From: Squalus acanthias
Taxonomy: Eukaryota
Assembly (NCBI GenBank): GCA_030390025.1
Contig: CM059431.1
Coordinates: 111,478,001-111,542,000 of the forward strand
Length of the DNA stretch: 64,000 nucleotides
Direction of reading: 5' to 3'
Part shown: one piece after another, positions 11,794 to 24,792 of the stretch
Position numbering within the stretch: position 1 is the stretch's first letter
Layout: the number at the start of each line of letters is the position of its first letter
Made by a program: the position numbers and the translations under genes
The notes under the pieces: generated by a model
Told to the model about the DNA's origin: nothing
Seen by the model: only the letters and a program-made list of their open reading frames with translations
Databases searched by the model: none

Positions 11794-13639
11794 AGTCCTT
11801 GGCTGGAAAATTTAGGCACAGGTCTCTCCAGGCCGAGATTCAAGGCTCCAATGAGCAGGGTGTGGCTGGAGAACAAGATCGAACCTCCCCTTTAAGAACT
11901 GGCCGGCGCCAGTGTGTCTGTGTTCCATTGCTAACTGAGATCACCTGCACTGCGCCCGCGCTCTGAGTTAGCGGCTCGCTCCTCGGCCTTTGCGCCTTAA
12001 GACAGGTGCGTAGCGCCTGATTTAGCGCTCCAATCACCTCCGGGGGCGATAAAAGCCAAGTTTGCAGTCGGAGGCGATAATTAGCACCAGGCACTAAACT
12101 TTGCGCCCGGCCGATAATTGCGCCCCAAACGGGGCGATACCGAATTTCTCCCCCGTGTAGTTATATTTTCAGGTACATAGCTGTTTGGTCCACAAAGGAG
12201 TTTCCAAGTCAACAAAGAGGCCAAATTCATCCACTCGTTAAAACCATCTCAGTGAACATCAAGAGATGATCATCTGCTGAAGGATGAGGTCGTGACAATA
12301 CTGGGACGATATCAGACTACAAGAGCTCAATGAGGTAATTGGTGCATTTGCTGTCTCCAAGTAGTCTACTCTTCAGCTTTATCGCACACTGTGGAACCTG
12401 AGCCATCAATCAAATCAAAGGGATTTCTCTCTGAACATCTGGGAGCCGAGCCTGATGATTCCAGTTGCTCAGTATTTTTCCAGAGCTACAAGTCTGACTT
12501 TAAGTTTCAGGTTGACAGGCTTGGTAATCACCGAGAGAATTTAAGCAATAATGGCAACCAATGACCTTAAAATAAAGAGACTTTTCATGTAGTGACATTG
12601 AGGCCAAGTGATCTTGTCCCAGCATCGTTCCTGGGTCAAGCCCCTCAGCCAAATAGCTGCCATTGTTCTCCTTTGAAAGGAATACCCAGCTACTGTTATA
12701 ATGTTGTCAAGGATACAACAGGCATCAAATTATTGCAAATCTTTTTATGGTTGTACAGGGATTGACCCTGCCCCTGCTCCTTGATGAAGAGAAATGGCGT
12801 AAACATAAAATAAATGGATAGACATTGGCATAAAGAGCTGGATGATATTGCCTTATCTCCCCCTTACCCAATAGACTATTAATAGGACCAGAATTTGCTA
12901 AAGCAGGGCATCTAACGGCATCTGCCATTAGTTAGACTTGCCCCACACCCTTCAGCTCAAAACCTTTTTGCTCACTAAGTTGCTGAAAGTGCGAGCTGAT
13001 AACGGAGCAGCGAAGGAAACAGAGCATCTGGGACCCGAGTGAGCAGGGCAACCAACAGGGTATCTCCTTAGCCAACGAGATTTAAGAATTGGGAAATGAA
13101 CTCAGGAAGGACTGAGAAGGCGGGTGAATTAAAGGGAGTAACTTCAATGTCAAATCAGGTGCAGGAGGAGAAATAAAGAGGAAACGAAAAATTGGTTTAA
13201 GAGAGAGAGAAAAAAAAAGACAGAAAGGATAAAATTGAAAACCTGAAGGAATGAGACTCCAAACCTGTAATGGTTAATTTTCAGTGACAGAGAGGTGGAT
13301 TGGCAGTCATCAATACTTATCATGTCGTTAAAAGGGTACTTACGCTTGTAATGCCAAGACTTTACTTTCTGTGACAAGTTTTAACAGGCAATTAATGAGC
13401 AAATACAGCAAGTTCCTAAAAAGAAACTGGGAGGCTAAGGGCGAGATGCCTTTTGCGCGAAGCTAGCGGCAACTCGGACAGCAACCTTTGGATATTGGCA
13501 TTTAACCGCGCATCTGCTCCTCGCCTGAAGTTGCTGTACCATTTACCCATAAATAACGGTGAGCGGGTGAAAACAACCACTGTTAAACATGACACAAATA
13601 TGGGCACAAACCCTGATTTCTGCTGAGAGCTGTGACTTT

Positions 13640-14453
13640 GGGGGCGATTTTGCCAGCCCTGGGGACTGCCGGGAAAATGGCAGAATCTGGGGGCAGGTAC
13701 CCATCCCGCCCCCAACCCGCCTCCGTGCCATCTTCCCAGGAGGCGGGTACCCGACCCGTGCTGGGAGCCGCCTCCCCGAGGTGGGAAGGGGATTAGTGCC
13801 AATTAACTGCCTGTTAACAGGTAGTTAACAGGCAGTTTTTTGGAGAAGCCCTATTTTCAGCCCTGAAGTGTGGACTTCCCGACGGCTCCGAACCACGCCA
13901 GGGTCAGCGAGGCGGGCCGTCGGTCTGCGGGAGTCGGAGGGGTCGAGATGTCCGGTGTGCAGGTGAGTGATGGGTGCAAGTGTGGAGAGGTGAGTGTAAA
14001 GTGTTTTAATAAGTTTTACTTACCTTTACTTCTTCCTACAGGCTTCATCCCTTCAGGTCTCGGGAGTCCCTCAGCTCACCGGCACAGAAAGCAGAATGGC
14101 CGCTGAACTGTCAAAAGCTGCAGCCTTCTGCTTTCTGCTCAGGAGAGATCTCTAACTGAGCCTGAGTGGAAGGACTCAAGTTAGAGGGCAGATTGTCCGT
14201 GTTGGACAGCTTCACAGAGCCGTCAAACGCTGACATTTCATCTGTCAAAAGCTCTTGACAGATGAAACGTCACTCGCTGACGTCACCTGTAACCGGCTTT
14301 CCCTTAATTGGCCTGCTGAGCCCGCTGGGCGGGATTAACAAGGTCAATCAAGGGAAAATAGCGTGGGTTGGCCACAAGTCGACAGAGGCGGGACTAAAAC
14401 CCGACAAGTGGGAGTCCCGCCTCCAAAAGCTCCCCATTGAGAAAATCCAGCCC
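13640..14453. mobile_element. Probable Harbinger-type MITE
   Basis: Ends GGGGGCGATTTT/AAAATCCAGCCC; GC-rich island in AT-rich DNA; flanks TTT/ATT. Confidence 0.6.
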
Positions 14454-15837
14454 ATTCATATTGTGCGGGTGGAGCCTATAGCAAGACAGGGACTAATTTT
14501 TTGGGAAAACTGCTAACATTCAGCACGGCAAACAATTTGTTCCCATCTGCACCTCAGATTATTTGGAAGTGCCCGTTGTCAGAGTATATATTCTGTCTGG
14601 AAAAATAGCAACAGAAAAGGCTAAAAGATACCGGTAAAATTACAAAAAAAAGCTCATCTATCATTAAACTGGCATTTCTAGATCTTCCACTGCTGGTCTC
14701 CTAATGGAGGCTGTCAGGCGGGGCACATTTGGGCCGATGGCACAGCAAAATGATTGACAGTTGCAACCTTGTACTGCATGTAGTGAATAGTGCCATCCTT
14801 TAGAGTCTTATTAGCCTTGACTTGTTAAATTAATTCATCTGAGCGGACGCAGGAATTATAAATATTAAGTGTAATGTGCAGAACATGCTACCTCTGTTGA
14901 AATGAAAGTCAATTAAATGACAAGACATGACAGATTGAATTGAGGCGATGCACAAAAGGTCAACGTATAATTCATTTCCCATGTGTGCATATCTCATAAA
15001 TTATACCCACAAGAGAACTAAGTGGCAAATACAAACTTGAACTGTTTTAAAAATATATGTATATTTCCACATAAGGCAGCCGTGTTATCGTATCACTGAA
15101 GTTAACAGCATATAGATGAATGTAGCTGCCGTGGTTCATAATAAAATCAATTATGTTGGTGAGTGCAGCTACCTGAATGAACTTGCCTGTGATGCGTGTT
15201 AGCCAAGTACAGACATCTTCAGTGTAACTGTTCATTAACTTGGGTTTACACATGGGAAAACAATTGCTGAGAAGTCTTATCCTGGGTTATTGCAGGAAAA
15301 GCTAGAGCAAATTCAATAGCACAAAGTTAACTTTGCAAAACATGAATAGCTTTGTTCGGTACCTCGCCACTGATCTATGTCGAGCTTCACGAGACAGTGA
15401 TAAACAACAGATTCAATCAAAGTGTCCTTCTTTGCCTATGTCTGGTTGGTTACTAATGTGTGATAATACCCAAGCAGTATGGGTTCTGGGACAGCTCTCT
15501 CAACAACTAAAGCAGGCGAGGGGCCTTTCATTCCGTCAACAGGATTGTATTTTAACTGGGGTCTGAGCGGGGAAGCTGTCACGGCTCTTCAGCCAGGCTG
15601 AAGCAGGTTCTGACAGAAGAGGCCCTCCAAAGTAACTGTAAGATTTTCCTCTGTGGGGCCAGAAGGAGCAGGAGTACTTCTTTGGGCCCCACAAGCAAAG
15701 TCGTGGCCTCCCCTGCTCCAGGCGCCTCCTTTCGCTCCCGCAAACCCCCTCCTGAAACCCCCTCCCCACCACTTACCTCTAAGCCAGCGGGTGGCCAAGG
15801 GCTGCCTAGTCTTTCGCTGCTGACATCTGCTCTGCGC

Positions 15838-16130
15838 CCTCTTCCCACCTATTGAGAATGCATCCCCGATTTCCTTCACCCCACCATTGGCAGCCGTGCC
15901 TTCAGCTGTCTAGACCTCGACCATTGGAATTCCCTCCCGAAACCCCTCCGGCTCTCTCCCCTCCTTTAAGACGCTCCTTAAAACCTACCTCTTTGACCAA
16001 GCTTTTGGTTCCCTGTCCTAATGTCTCCTTATGTGGCTTGGTGTCAAATCCTGTCTGATAACGCTCCTGTGAAGCACCTTCGGTTTTACTCCGTTACAGG
16101 TGCTATATAAATGCAAGTTGTTGTTGTTGC
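15838..16130 (+). mobile_element. L2-like LINE 3' end
   Basis: Ends GTGCTATATAAATGCAAG(TTG)n. Confidence 0.75.
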
Positions 16131-17859
16131 ATTAGAAAGACCCTTATCATTCCTTGACATGATTTGTTTACTTTGTAGCGAATGAAAGGAGTTTCAATCT
16201 TAAAATGCCATGCTAATTTTCAAATAATCAATCCACATAAACTTTGAGGAACTGGTTGGAAATTTGCGACCTACATTTGAAAACACATTTAGTTACAACT
16301 TCTCATGTCTTTTCTGGTCTGGTGTCTGTCTTGTTAAGCTGAAATTTATAGGCAATCTTGACCCAAGTGTGTATAAAAAGAATCATTGAAATTTCACCCT
16401 GAGGTGAAGGTAAGTATGATTTACACCAACGTGGCTACTGGATTACACAAACTCAATAAAGAACAAACACACAGATTACTACACAGCAAATCACAATCTA
16501 GAACATGTTAGACCGATCAAAATAAATTCAATTAATTCGAGTCACTTCAAAAGTAAACTGACAACCATAATGAATTCCCTAATTAGCGAACTCAATTAAA
16601 ATTGATTTCCATCCGTGAAATTGTTGCACAAGCACCTGCTGACCAGTGACTAAATAATAAGATGAAGCCTATACCTCACCCAAAATCCAGCTTCTTTTGC
16701 TAGTTTAAGTGATTTTGAACTGCAAGACCCACCTGATTCTATTTTCAGGTGGGGCCTGTAAATGGCTGAGCGGCCTGCCTGCAACAGGCGGAAGGGAGGC
16801 TGCTCAAATGTGCGAATCAGCGTCCTACACCAGTTGTAGGACCCCGACTGCAATTGTCAGATACAAATGAGTGGCTGTGCTCGGTCTAGTCGATCTGTAC
16901 CAGGCGCTGAGCAGCCCAACCAGCCGTTCTTAAAGGGGACCACTGGTGGTCGCTCAAAGAAACGGCCCCCGTAAAACTTGTAAGTTTTTTTTTGATGAGC
17001 CCCAGGGGGAATTTTCCTCCTGGCCCACCGCCGCACCCCGCCCCCCCCCCCAGCCCCGAGAAACAGCAGCCCTGTGCCAGCCAGTTCGAGGCCACCCACC
17101 CCTCCCTCCCCCCCACCAGGCCTGACCTGCTGGCCGGCACAGTGTGGGAGCTGCCCAATTTCCCGTCCTCCCAGAACGTGTGAGCTGCGAGGGGGCGCCT
17201 GCTAGGCATACTAATGAGGTCTGGGCCCTCGAACTGGCTTGGCCCTCACTCCGGCACCAATGGGCTGGCGGAGAGGCTGCTCTGGCCGACTTCGCACCCG
17301 CTTTGGGGGCAATTTTTAAAACCAGCCCCAAAAGGTGGAGGCGGAATAGGCAACAAGATATGCACAGTGGATTAGGATTCAAAAGTATGAAATTGAATGG
17401 ATGAAGATAGGTGTGTAAGATTCCGTAGTGTATGCGAGAGGAAGAGCTACAAACACCAGAGCCGACGGAGTGGGAACATGGAATGGCGGGATGGATAAAA
17501 GTCATTAAAAAAATGCATGAAATCAGCAGCATAAAACATGAGCTTGACAGCGAAACAATGAGTATAGTGAAGATAGCTGAAGCGCGATCTGAAAAAGGAA
17601 TGGGGCAACTTGGCGGAATGGCTAAATAAAGGGTAGAATAGGGAAAAAGGCAAATCCAGGATGCAAGAAGTAGTTTGATTTTAGCAGGTATTTAGAGATG
17701 GAGATTAAATAGGCGTTCAGTGGTCGGAGCAAGGTAGGGTTGAAGGCTGCAATTAGGAAGGGACCAGAGCTTTCAGAATGGAATGAAAGGATGTCTGAAA
17801 ACAGGAATTTGAAGGAAAACTAAGTAGAGAGTTAACAGGCGGTCGAAATACAAATCTGA

Positions 17860-18150
17860 TGGAATGGATATCGGAAATAAATGGAGTGAGAGCAATTAAT
17901 GATTTACAAAGAGGCGTACTTGGGAGTTCGTGACTCATTAAGCAATCATTTACGTATTCATTTACTGAGAGAACACTATTCATGTATTAATGATTTATCA
18001 ACTAATTTAAAGTAGTGTTTAGCACAATTCATTACTGTATGGTGAGAAGATTGTGCAGAGAATAACTGATCAATGGATGAGCTTTTTTACTATTTTAAGG
18101 AGAGGCGAATGGATGACTCAAAGTATTGATGAATTAATTTATGTTGTGAC
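17860..18150. promoter_or_regulatory. Candidate non-coding enhancer (PBX/HOX-type motif cluster)
   Basis: TGATTTAC at 17900, TGATTTAT at 17991, TGATCAAT at 18067, TGATGAAT at 18127; ATTAATGATTTA occurs twice. Conservation not tested. Confidence 0.35.
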
Positions 18151-18627
18151 TATAAAGGAGATAACATGACAAGGTACCAGAGAGCAGCAAGGGATGCTGG
18201 GGATCATGTCAATTAAAAGGTAAAGCATGCGATGACTGGGTAGCGAGCTGGAAAGGCAGCAATGCCAGGAATGGTCCAGCTAATTCTAAGGTGTGGTGTG
18301 AAGCCAAGAGAGTACCAGGTACAAAGCAGGACCATCATGGTAGGGACCATGTAATGGGAAAGTCCGCAATGAGGTCAAATTGGTGTTATTAGCAGCCATT
18401 CCGAGCTGTCGTTAAAGCAATGTTCAGGAGGCAGCAAACAACCAGGGACTGACAAAAGCAACAAGTAGTGTAATGGGGAAACTGAAATAGAAAAGCAAGG
18501 CAAATACAAACAAATGGCAGGATGTCCTGATGGGAAAATGTTCCACGTGCCACTCACGTATAATATTTTTAGGAAGGGCAGAATAGGTAAGAAAAGAGGA
18601 ATGCCAATATTAGGGAAGGAGGAAATA

Positions 18628-19146
18628 CATAAGAACATTTGAAATAGGAGCAGGAGTAGGCCATTCAGCCCTCGAGCCTGTTCCGCCATTCAGTAAGATC
18701 ATGGCTGATCTACCTCAACTCTACCTTCCCACACTATCCCCATATCCCTTGATTCCCTTAGTATCCAAAAATCTATTGATCTCGGTCTTTGAATATACCC
18801 GATGACTGATCATCCACAGCCCTCTGGGGGAGAGAATTCCAAAGATTCACAGCCCTCTGAGTGAAGAAATGTCTCCTCATCTCAGTCCTAAATGGCCAAC
18901 CCCTTATTCTGAGACTGTGACCCAAGTTCTACACTCCCCAGCCAAAGGAAACATCCTCCCTGCATCTACCCTGTCAAGCCCCTTCAGAATTTTACATGTT
19001 TGAATTAGATCACCTCTCATTCTTCTAAACTCTAGGGAATATAGGCCTAGTCTACTCAATCTCTCCTCATAGTACAATCCCCCCATCCCAGCAATCAGTC
19101 TGGTGAACTTTCGTTGCACTCCCTCTAAGGTAAGTATATCCTTCCT
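18628..19146 (-). mobile_element. CR1 3' fragment
   Basis: QRKFTRLIAGMGGLYYEERLSRLGLYSLEFRRMRGDLI plus tail. Confidence 0.88.
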
Positions 19147-19149
19147 GTA

Positions 19150-19410
19150 GAGAGGATTGATGTAGACAAAGAAAAAGTTTAGGCAGCATCAATATGGTTA
19201 GAGATGAAAGACAAAAAAGGGGTTGTTACATTGTGGGGCTGTATGACAGACCCCCCAATTATTGGAGAGAAATAGAAGAGAACTGTATAGATAGATCAGA
19301 ATGATGAGTAGAATTAATAATATTACATTTTGAAGACATTTTAATTACCTATTCATTGACTGGGACAGGGAGGTAGTAAACTGAGACAAGGGAATGGGAT
19401 TTCTACTTCA
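19150..19410 (+). mobile_element. Decayed CR1 AP-endonuclease fragment
   Basis: YDRPPN and FNYLFIDWD, resembling the YRPP and GDFNxxxIDW motifs. Confidence 0.5.
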
Positions 19411-20877
19411 AACGGACAATTTAACCCTGCCCACTGGGCAGAAACCAGGCAGGCATGTAATTAAAATCACCTGGGGGATTCACCCGCCAACACCCCGCTC
19501 TCTACCCGCAGGCTACAATTTTAACCTGCTCTTCTGAGCAGGCGAGAAGGACACCCAATGGAAACTGGTGGGGTCCTTCTTGACATACGCAAATCGGGCT
19601 CCGATGATGTCATTGGGGCCCAACTGCTATTTTAACCAGAGACCTGCATGGAGAAGGCAATGTGGCTTTCCTCCCAGGTCAACTGAGTGGGGAAGAGGAG
19701 CCGTGGCCAGAAGAGGCCCAAAGAGTTAAAAAAAAACATTTTAACTGCTTTTAATGCTGTAAGGACAGTCAGGTCCAGTAAAAGGCTATGGAAATGTCAG
19801 AAGGCAGGAGAGTAGCTAGAGTTTACTTTGTGTAAGTTAAATAAGGCATCTTACTGATATGGGGAAGCATAGCGTGTTCATTATTTTGTATCATGACTAT
19901 TGCTCTGTGCGTTCACTCGCTGCGAAATAAAACTATTTGTATCAGGTTTCGTCGTACCAAATGTATTTTCAGTTTGCTCCAAAGAGATTGAAATAAAATA
20001 CACGCGAAAGACACAAATATCCAGTTCAGATCACAAGGGAATACACCTGGGTTACACTATCATATGGTCAGATATTGGGCAGTATGGGTACACCCCACAA
20101 CAAAAGATGCTCAGACCACTTACAAGAGTGACTGGCATTCTTGTACCCATGAGGATATCTAAGGAAAAAGCCTAAATGTATAACAAGTCAAAGGGCACTT
20201 CATTGAAGAAAGGGGACAATAGAGTGTGCAGCTCCTATAATAGGCATTACTCTCCTCTTCTTCCCAGTCATACTGGAGTCATTGCAAATCACAAATTGAC
20301 CTTCCTCTTCATAGTTCTGATGAGTAATTTCCAGCCCTTCAAATGTTTGCTTTGAGTGGAACCTGCAACACTAAAAAACAACATGGATACTAAGGGAACC
20401 AAGGGATATGGGGATAGTGTGGGAAGGTGCATTTGAGGTAGAAGATCAGCCATGATCTTATTGAATGGCGAAGCAGGCTAAAAGGGCCGAATAGCCTACT
20501 CCTGCTCCTATTTCTTATGTTCTTATAAAAAAATTATTGTTTAAATGAACTAATCACTAACTTGCCAAGCAGACATTGGAAAAATCTAGTAGGAGATTTA
20601 TCCTTCCAAGTAATACATTCATTTTCCAGGCCGCTAAGAGACTTAGCATGATCAAATTATTTTTATATTCTGGAACATAATTTTCCATAATATCAAAGTG
20701 TGGGAATAAAAGAAGAGCCCAAAAAGAGAGGCTAATAAATTTGATCACTTTCACCTAGAATGGGTGCTATCTTATATATAGAATTACATAGAATAAAACT
20801 GACCATATCCTTTGTTACCATTTAATTTAAAAATGAGCCCTTTGTTAAATGAAATCCAAAATGTCGAAAATTACTTA

Positions 20878-21743
20878 GGGGGAGAAATTCGGTATCGCCC
20901 CGTTTGGGGCGCAATTATCGGCTGGCACAAAGTTTAGTGCCTGGCACTAATTATCGCCTCCGACTGCAAACTTGGCTTCTATCGCCCCTGGAGGTGATTG
21001 GAGCGCTAAATCAAGTGCTACACACCTCTCTTAAGGCGCTAACGCCGAGGAGCGAGGCGCTACCTCAGAGCGCTGGCGAAGCTCATGTGATGTCAGTCAG
21101 CAATGGAACACAGACACACCGGCGCCGGCCAGTTCGTAAAGGGGAGGGTCGATCTTGCTCTCCATCCACACCCTGCTCATTGGAGACTTCAATCTCGGCC
21201 TGGAGAGACCTGTACATCAAATCTGCTGGAAAGAACAATGGAGAGGCCCAGGGAAAGAGCTCAGAGTGCAGCCCCTATAGTCTCTTCTAAATCGAGGCAA
21301 GGAAGGTCAAACCAAAATGAACCTGCAAAGTGCTGCTCAGTACCCAAAACTCCTTCACACAGCGTTGAATCTCTCCAGAAGTCTCTCTCCCTCTCAGAAT
21401 GCGTGGTGCAAAAATGTCGCCAACAAAAAAAGGCAGGAAGCGGTCGCCTTTAAATAGCGCTCCCCCAGTCCCTTCCCGACTGCAAAACGTTACCCTCAAC
21501 CTGTCGTTGCTAGCGGCAGGCGGAAAGGCAGGGGGCGCCACTCAATATCCGGTCCGGGGCGCTAACGGTCGACTGACGTCATGATCTGTGGGCGCAGGAG
21601 ATCATGGCGGTAGTGTTTAGTGCCATCGCAAAATATCTGGTCAATTTTGCGAGCGGCGCAAACATCGCCACGCCCGGGCGCTAGTTGCTTTGCGCCCTCT
21701 TAGGGTGCTAACAGGAGGCGCAAAGCAACCGAATTTTTCTCCC
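20878..21743 (-). mobile_element. Non-autonomous internal-deletion derivative of the 7902-12154 Harbinger family
   Basis: TTA TSD (20875-20877, 21744-21746). The left part matches the reverse complement of ~11770-12154 and the right part the reverse complement of ~7902-8410. Confidence 0.9.
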
Positions 21744-22369
21744 TTAGAATTTACAGCACAGAAACAGGCCATTCGGCCCAACAGGTCTATGCCAGTGTTT
21801 ATGCTCCACATGACCTTTCTCTCATCCTACTTCATCTCACCCCATCAACATAACCTTCGATTCCTTTCTCCCTCATGTACTTATCTTGCTTCCCTTTAAA
21901 TGCATCTATGCTATTCGCCTCAACTACTCCATGTTTTAGCAAGTTCCACATTATAACCACTCTCCCGATACATGTATTGTAACAATGTGATTTCTCATTC
22001 TGTCTATATCTTGGAGCAATTGATTCAATGAGAGACAGGCTAATGCATGATCTAGAAAGGATTAAAAATATAACAGTAAATCTACACAGGTTTCAAAACC
22101 AATAATTTCCAGATTATGGTTCATAATAACTACATGTTTTGCTTCCTGTAAAACACCTACTGAGTTAGTGAATGATTCTCAATTTTACACTAGAACCAGC
22201 ACAATTTTCAAGCTGGGAGATTCACTTACCTTGTCGATAGATGAAGCTATATAAGTGAAGAAGTTATTATATCCAACAACAGAAACTTGCAATCCATAAA
22301 TAATTACAGTACATCATCTGGAAACAGATGAACCCAATTGTCACAGCTGACTCCTTCACCACAATGGCT

Positions 22370-23075
22370 AGATTTCAAAGGAAGCAAAGGGAGAATGAGG
22401 ACAGGCAATATAAACTAAATTGTCCAACTTTAAAGGGAGTGCGGAAACAGAGACCTGGGTGTGTATGTACACAAGTCTTTGAAAGTGGCAGGACAAGTTG
22501 AGAAGGCTGTTAAAAAGGCATACGGGATACTTGGCTTTATAAATAGAGTTCAAAAGCAAGGAAGTTTTGCTAAACCTGTATAAAACGCTGGTTAGGCCTC
22601 AGCTGGAGTATTGTGGCCAATTCTAGGCACCGCACTTTAGGAAGGATGTCAAGGCCTTAGAGAGGGTGCAGAGGAGATTTATTAGAATGGTACCAGGGAT
22701 GAAATATTTCAGTTACCTGGAGAGACTAGAAAAACTGGGATTGTTCTCCTTAGAGCAGAGAAGGTTAAGAGGAGATTTGATAGAGGCGTCCAAAAACATG
22801 AAGGATTTTGATAGAGTAAATAAGGAGAAACTGTTTCCAGTGGCAGAAGGGTCGGTAACCAGAGGACACAGATTTAAAGTAATTGAGAAAAGAACCAGAG
22901 GCGACATGAGGAAAAAATAATTACACAATGAGTAGTTGTGATCTGGAATGCACTGCCTGCAAGGGTGGTGGAAGCAGAGTCAATAATAACTTTCAAATAG
23001 GAATTGGATAAATTCAAAGAGCCGGCACAGGCACAATGGGCCAAATGGCCTCTTCTGTGCTGTATCATTCTTTGA
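22370..23075 (+). mobile_element. CR1 3' fragment (second subfamily)
   Basis: QRRFIRMVPGMKYFSYLERLEKLGLFSLEQRRLRGDLIE. Related pieces at ~25213-25500, 54322-54692, 33495-33612 and 58545-58640. Confidence 0.85.
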
Positions 23076-23227
23076 CTCTAAGCAGCAGTTAGACATCACT
23101 GAAAAAAAAGTGCCTAATTACACACAGTACCTGTGTCTTCAGGGTCCACTTCAAATACACGTATTGAGTTCATTGTGATGATCTTTTCTGTGGCATTAAC
23201 CACAATATTTAAAATCCACTTATTTTA

Positions 23228-24792
23228 AGTGGACCTGATGGCCTGCATCCTAGGGTCTTGAAAGAAGTGGCTGCAGAGATAGTGGATGCGTTGGTTGTAA
23301 TCTACCAAAATTCCCTGGATTCTGGAGAGGTCCCAGCGGATTGGAAAACCGCAAATGTAACGCCCCTATTCAAGAAAGGAGGGAGACAGAAAGCAGGAAA
23401 CTATAGGCCAGTTAGCCTAACATCAGTCATAGGGAAAATGCTGGAATCCATTATTAAGGAGGTAATAGCAGGACATTTAGAAAATCATAAGACAATCAAG
23501 CAGAGTCAACATGGTTTTATGAAAGGGAAATCGTGTTTGAGAAATTTGCTAGAGTTCTTTGAGGATGTAACAAACAGGATGGATAAAGGGGAGCCAGTGG
23601 ATGTGGTGTATTTGGATTTCCAGAAGGCATTCAATAAGGTGCCACATAAAAGGTTACTGCACAATATAAGAGCGCACGGGGTTAGGGGTAATATTTTGGC
23701 ATGAATAGGGGATTGGCTAACTAACAGAAAACAGAGAGTCGGGATAAATGGGTCATTTTCCGGTTGGCAACCAGTAACTAGTGGGGTGCCACAGAGATCA
23801 GTGCTGGGGCCTCAACTATTTACAATCTATATTAATGACTTGGATGAAAGGACCAAGTGCACTGTAGCCAAATTTGCTGATGATACAAAGATAGGTGGGT
23901 TAGCAAGTTGTGAGGAGGACACAAAGAGGGATATAGATAGGTTAAGTGAGTGGGTAAAATTTGGCAGATGGAGTACAATGTGGGAAAATGTGAGGTTATC
24001 CACTTTGGAAGGAAGAATGAAAAAGCAAATTATTATTTAAATGGAGTGAGACTACAAAATGCTGCGGTACAAAGGGATCTGGGGGTCCTAGTACATGAAA
24101 CACAAAAGGTTAGCATGCAGGTACAGCAAGTAATTAGGAAGGCTAATAGAATGTTGGCCTTTATTGCAAGCGGTATGGAGTATAAAAGTAGGGAAGTTTT
24201 GATGCAACTTTACAGGGCGCTGGTGAGACCGCACTTGGAGTACTGCATACAGTTGTGGTCTCCATATTTAAGGAAGGATATACTTGCATTGGAGGCAGTA
24301 CAGACAAGGTTCACTAGGTTGATTCCTGGGATGAAGGGGTTGATGTATGATGAAAGGTTGAGCAGGTTGGTCCTATACTCATTGGAGTTTAGAAGAATGA
24401 GAGGTGATCTTATTGAAACATATAAGATTCTGAGGGGGATTGACAGGGTGGATGCTGAGAGGATGTTTCCCCTAGTGGGGGTATCTAGAACTAGGGGGCA
24501 TAGTTTCAGAATAAGAGGTCGCCCATTTAAGGCGGAGATGAGAAGGAATTTCTTCTTTCAGAGGGTCGTGAATCTTTGGAATTCTCTACCCCAGAGAGCT
24601 GTGGAGGCGGAGTCACTGAATATATTCAAGGCGGAGATTGACAGACATTTGAACTACAAGGGAGTCAAGGGGTATGGGGAGAGAGCGGGAAAGTGGTGTT
24701 GAGGACAAGATTGCATCAGCCATGATCTTATTGAATGGCGGAGCAGGCTCGAGGGGCCGATTGGCCGACTCCTGCTCCTGTTTCTTATGTTC
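23228..24792 (+). mobile_element. CR1 LINE, 5'-truncated (~1.56 kb, RT domain to 3' tail)
   Basis: GPDGLHPRVLKE...NYRPVSLTS...VYLDFQKAF...KFADDTK...LVRPHLEYC...FFQRVVNLWNSLP, ending in a TTCTTATGTTC tail. Few stops or frameshifts. Confidence 0.93.

Larger units (their letters stand above)
7902..12154 (+). mobile_element. Full-length PIF/Harbinger DNA transposon (~4.25 kb), inactivated
   Basis: Imperfect TIRs GGGGGAAAAATT...AATTTCTCCCCC, GC-rich subterminal regions, and convergent transposase and Myb/SANT genes. Flanks ATG/GTG (imperfect 3-bp TSD). Confidence 0.9.

Noticed and set aside
12885..13610. Additional MITE starting GGACCAGAATTT
   Set aside because: Probably a repeat, but I could not identify a matching right TIR or TSD.
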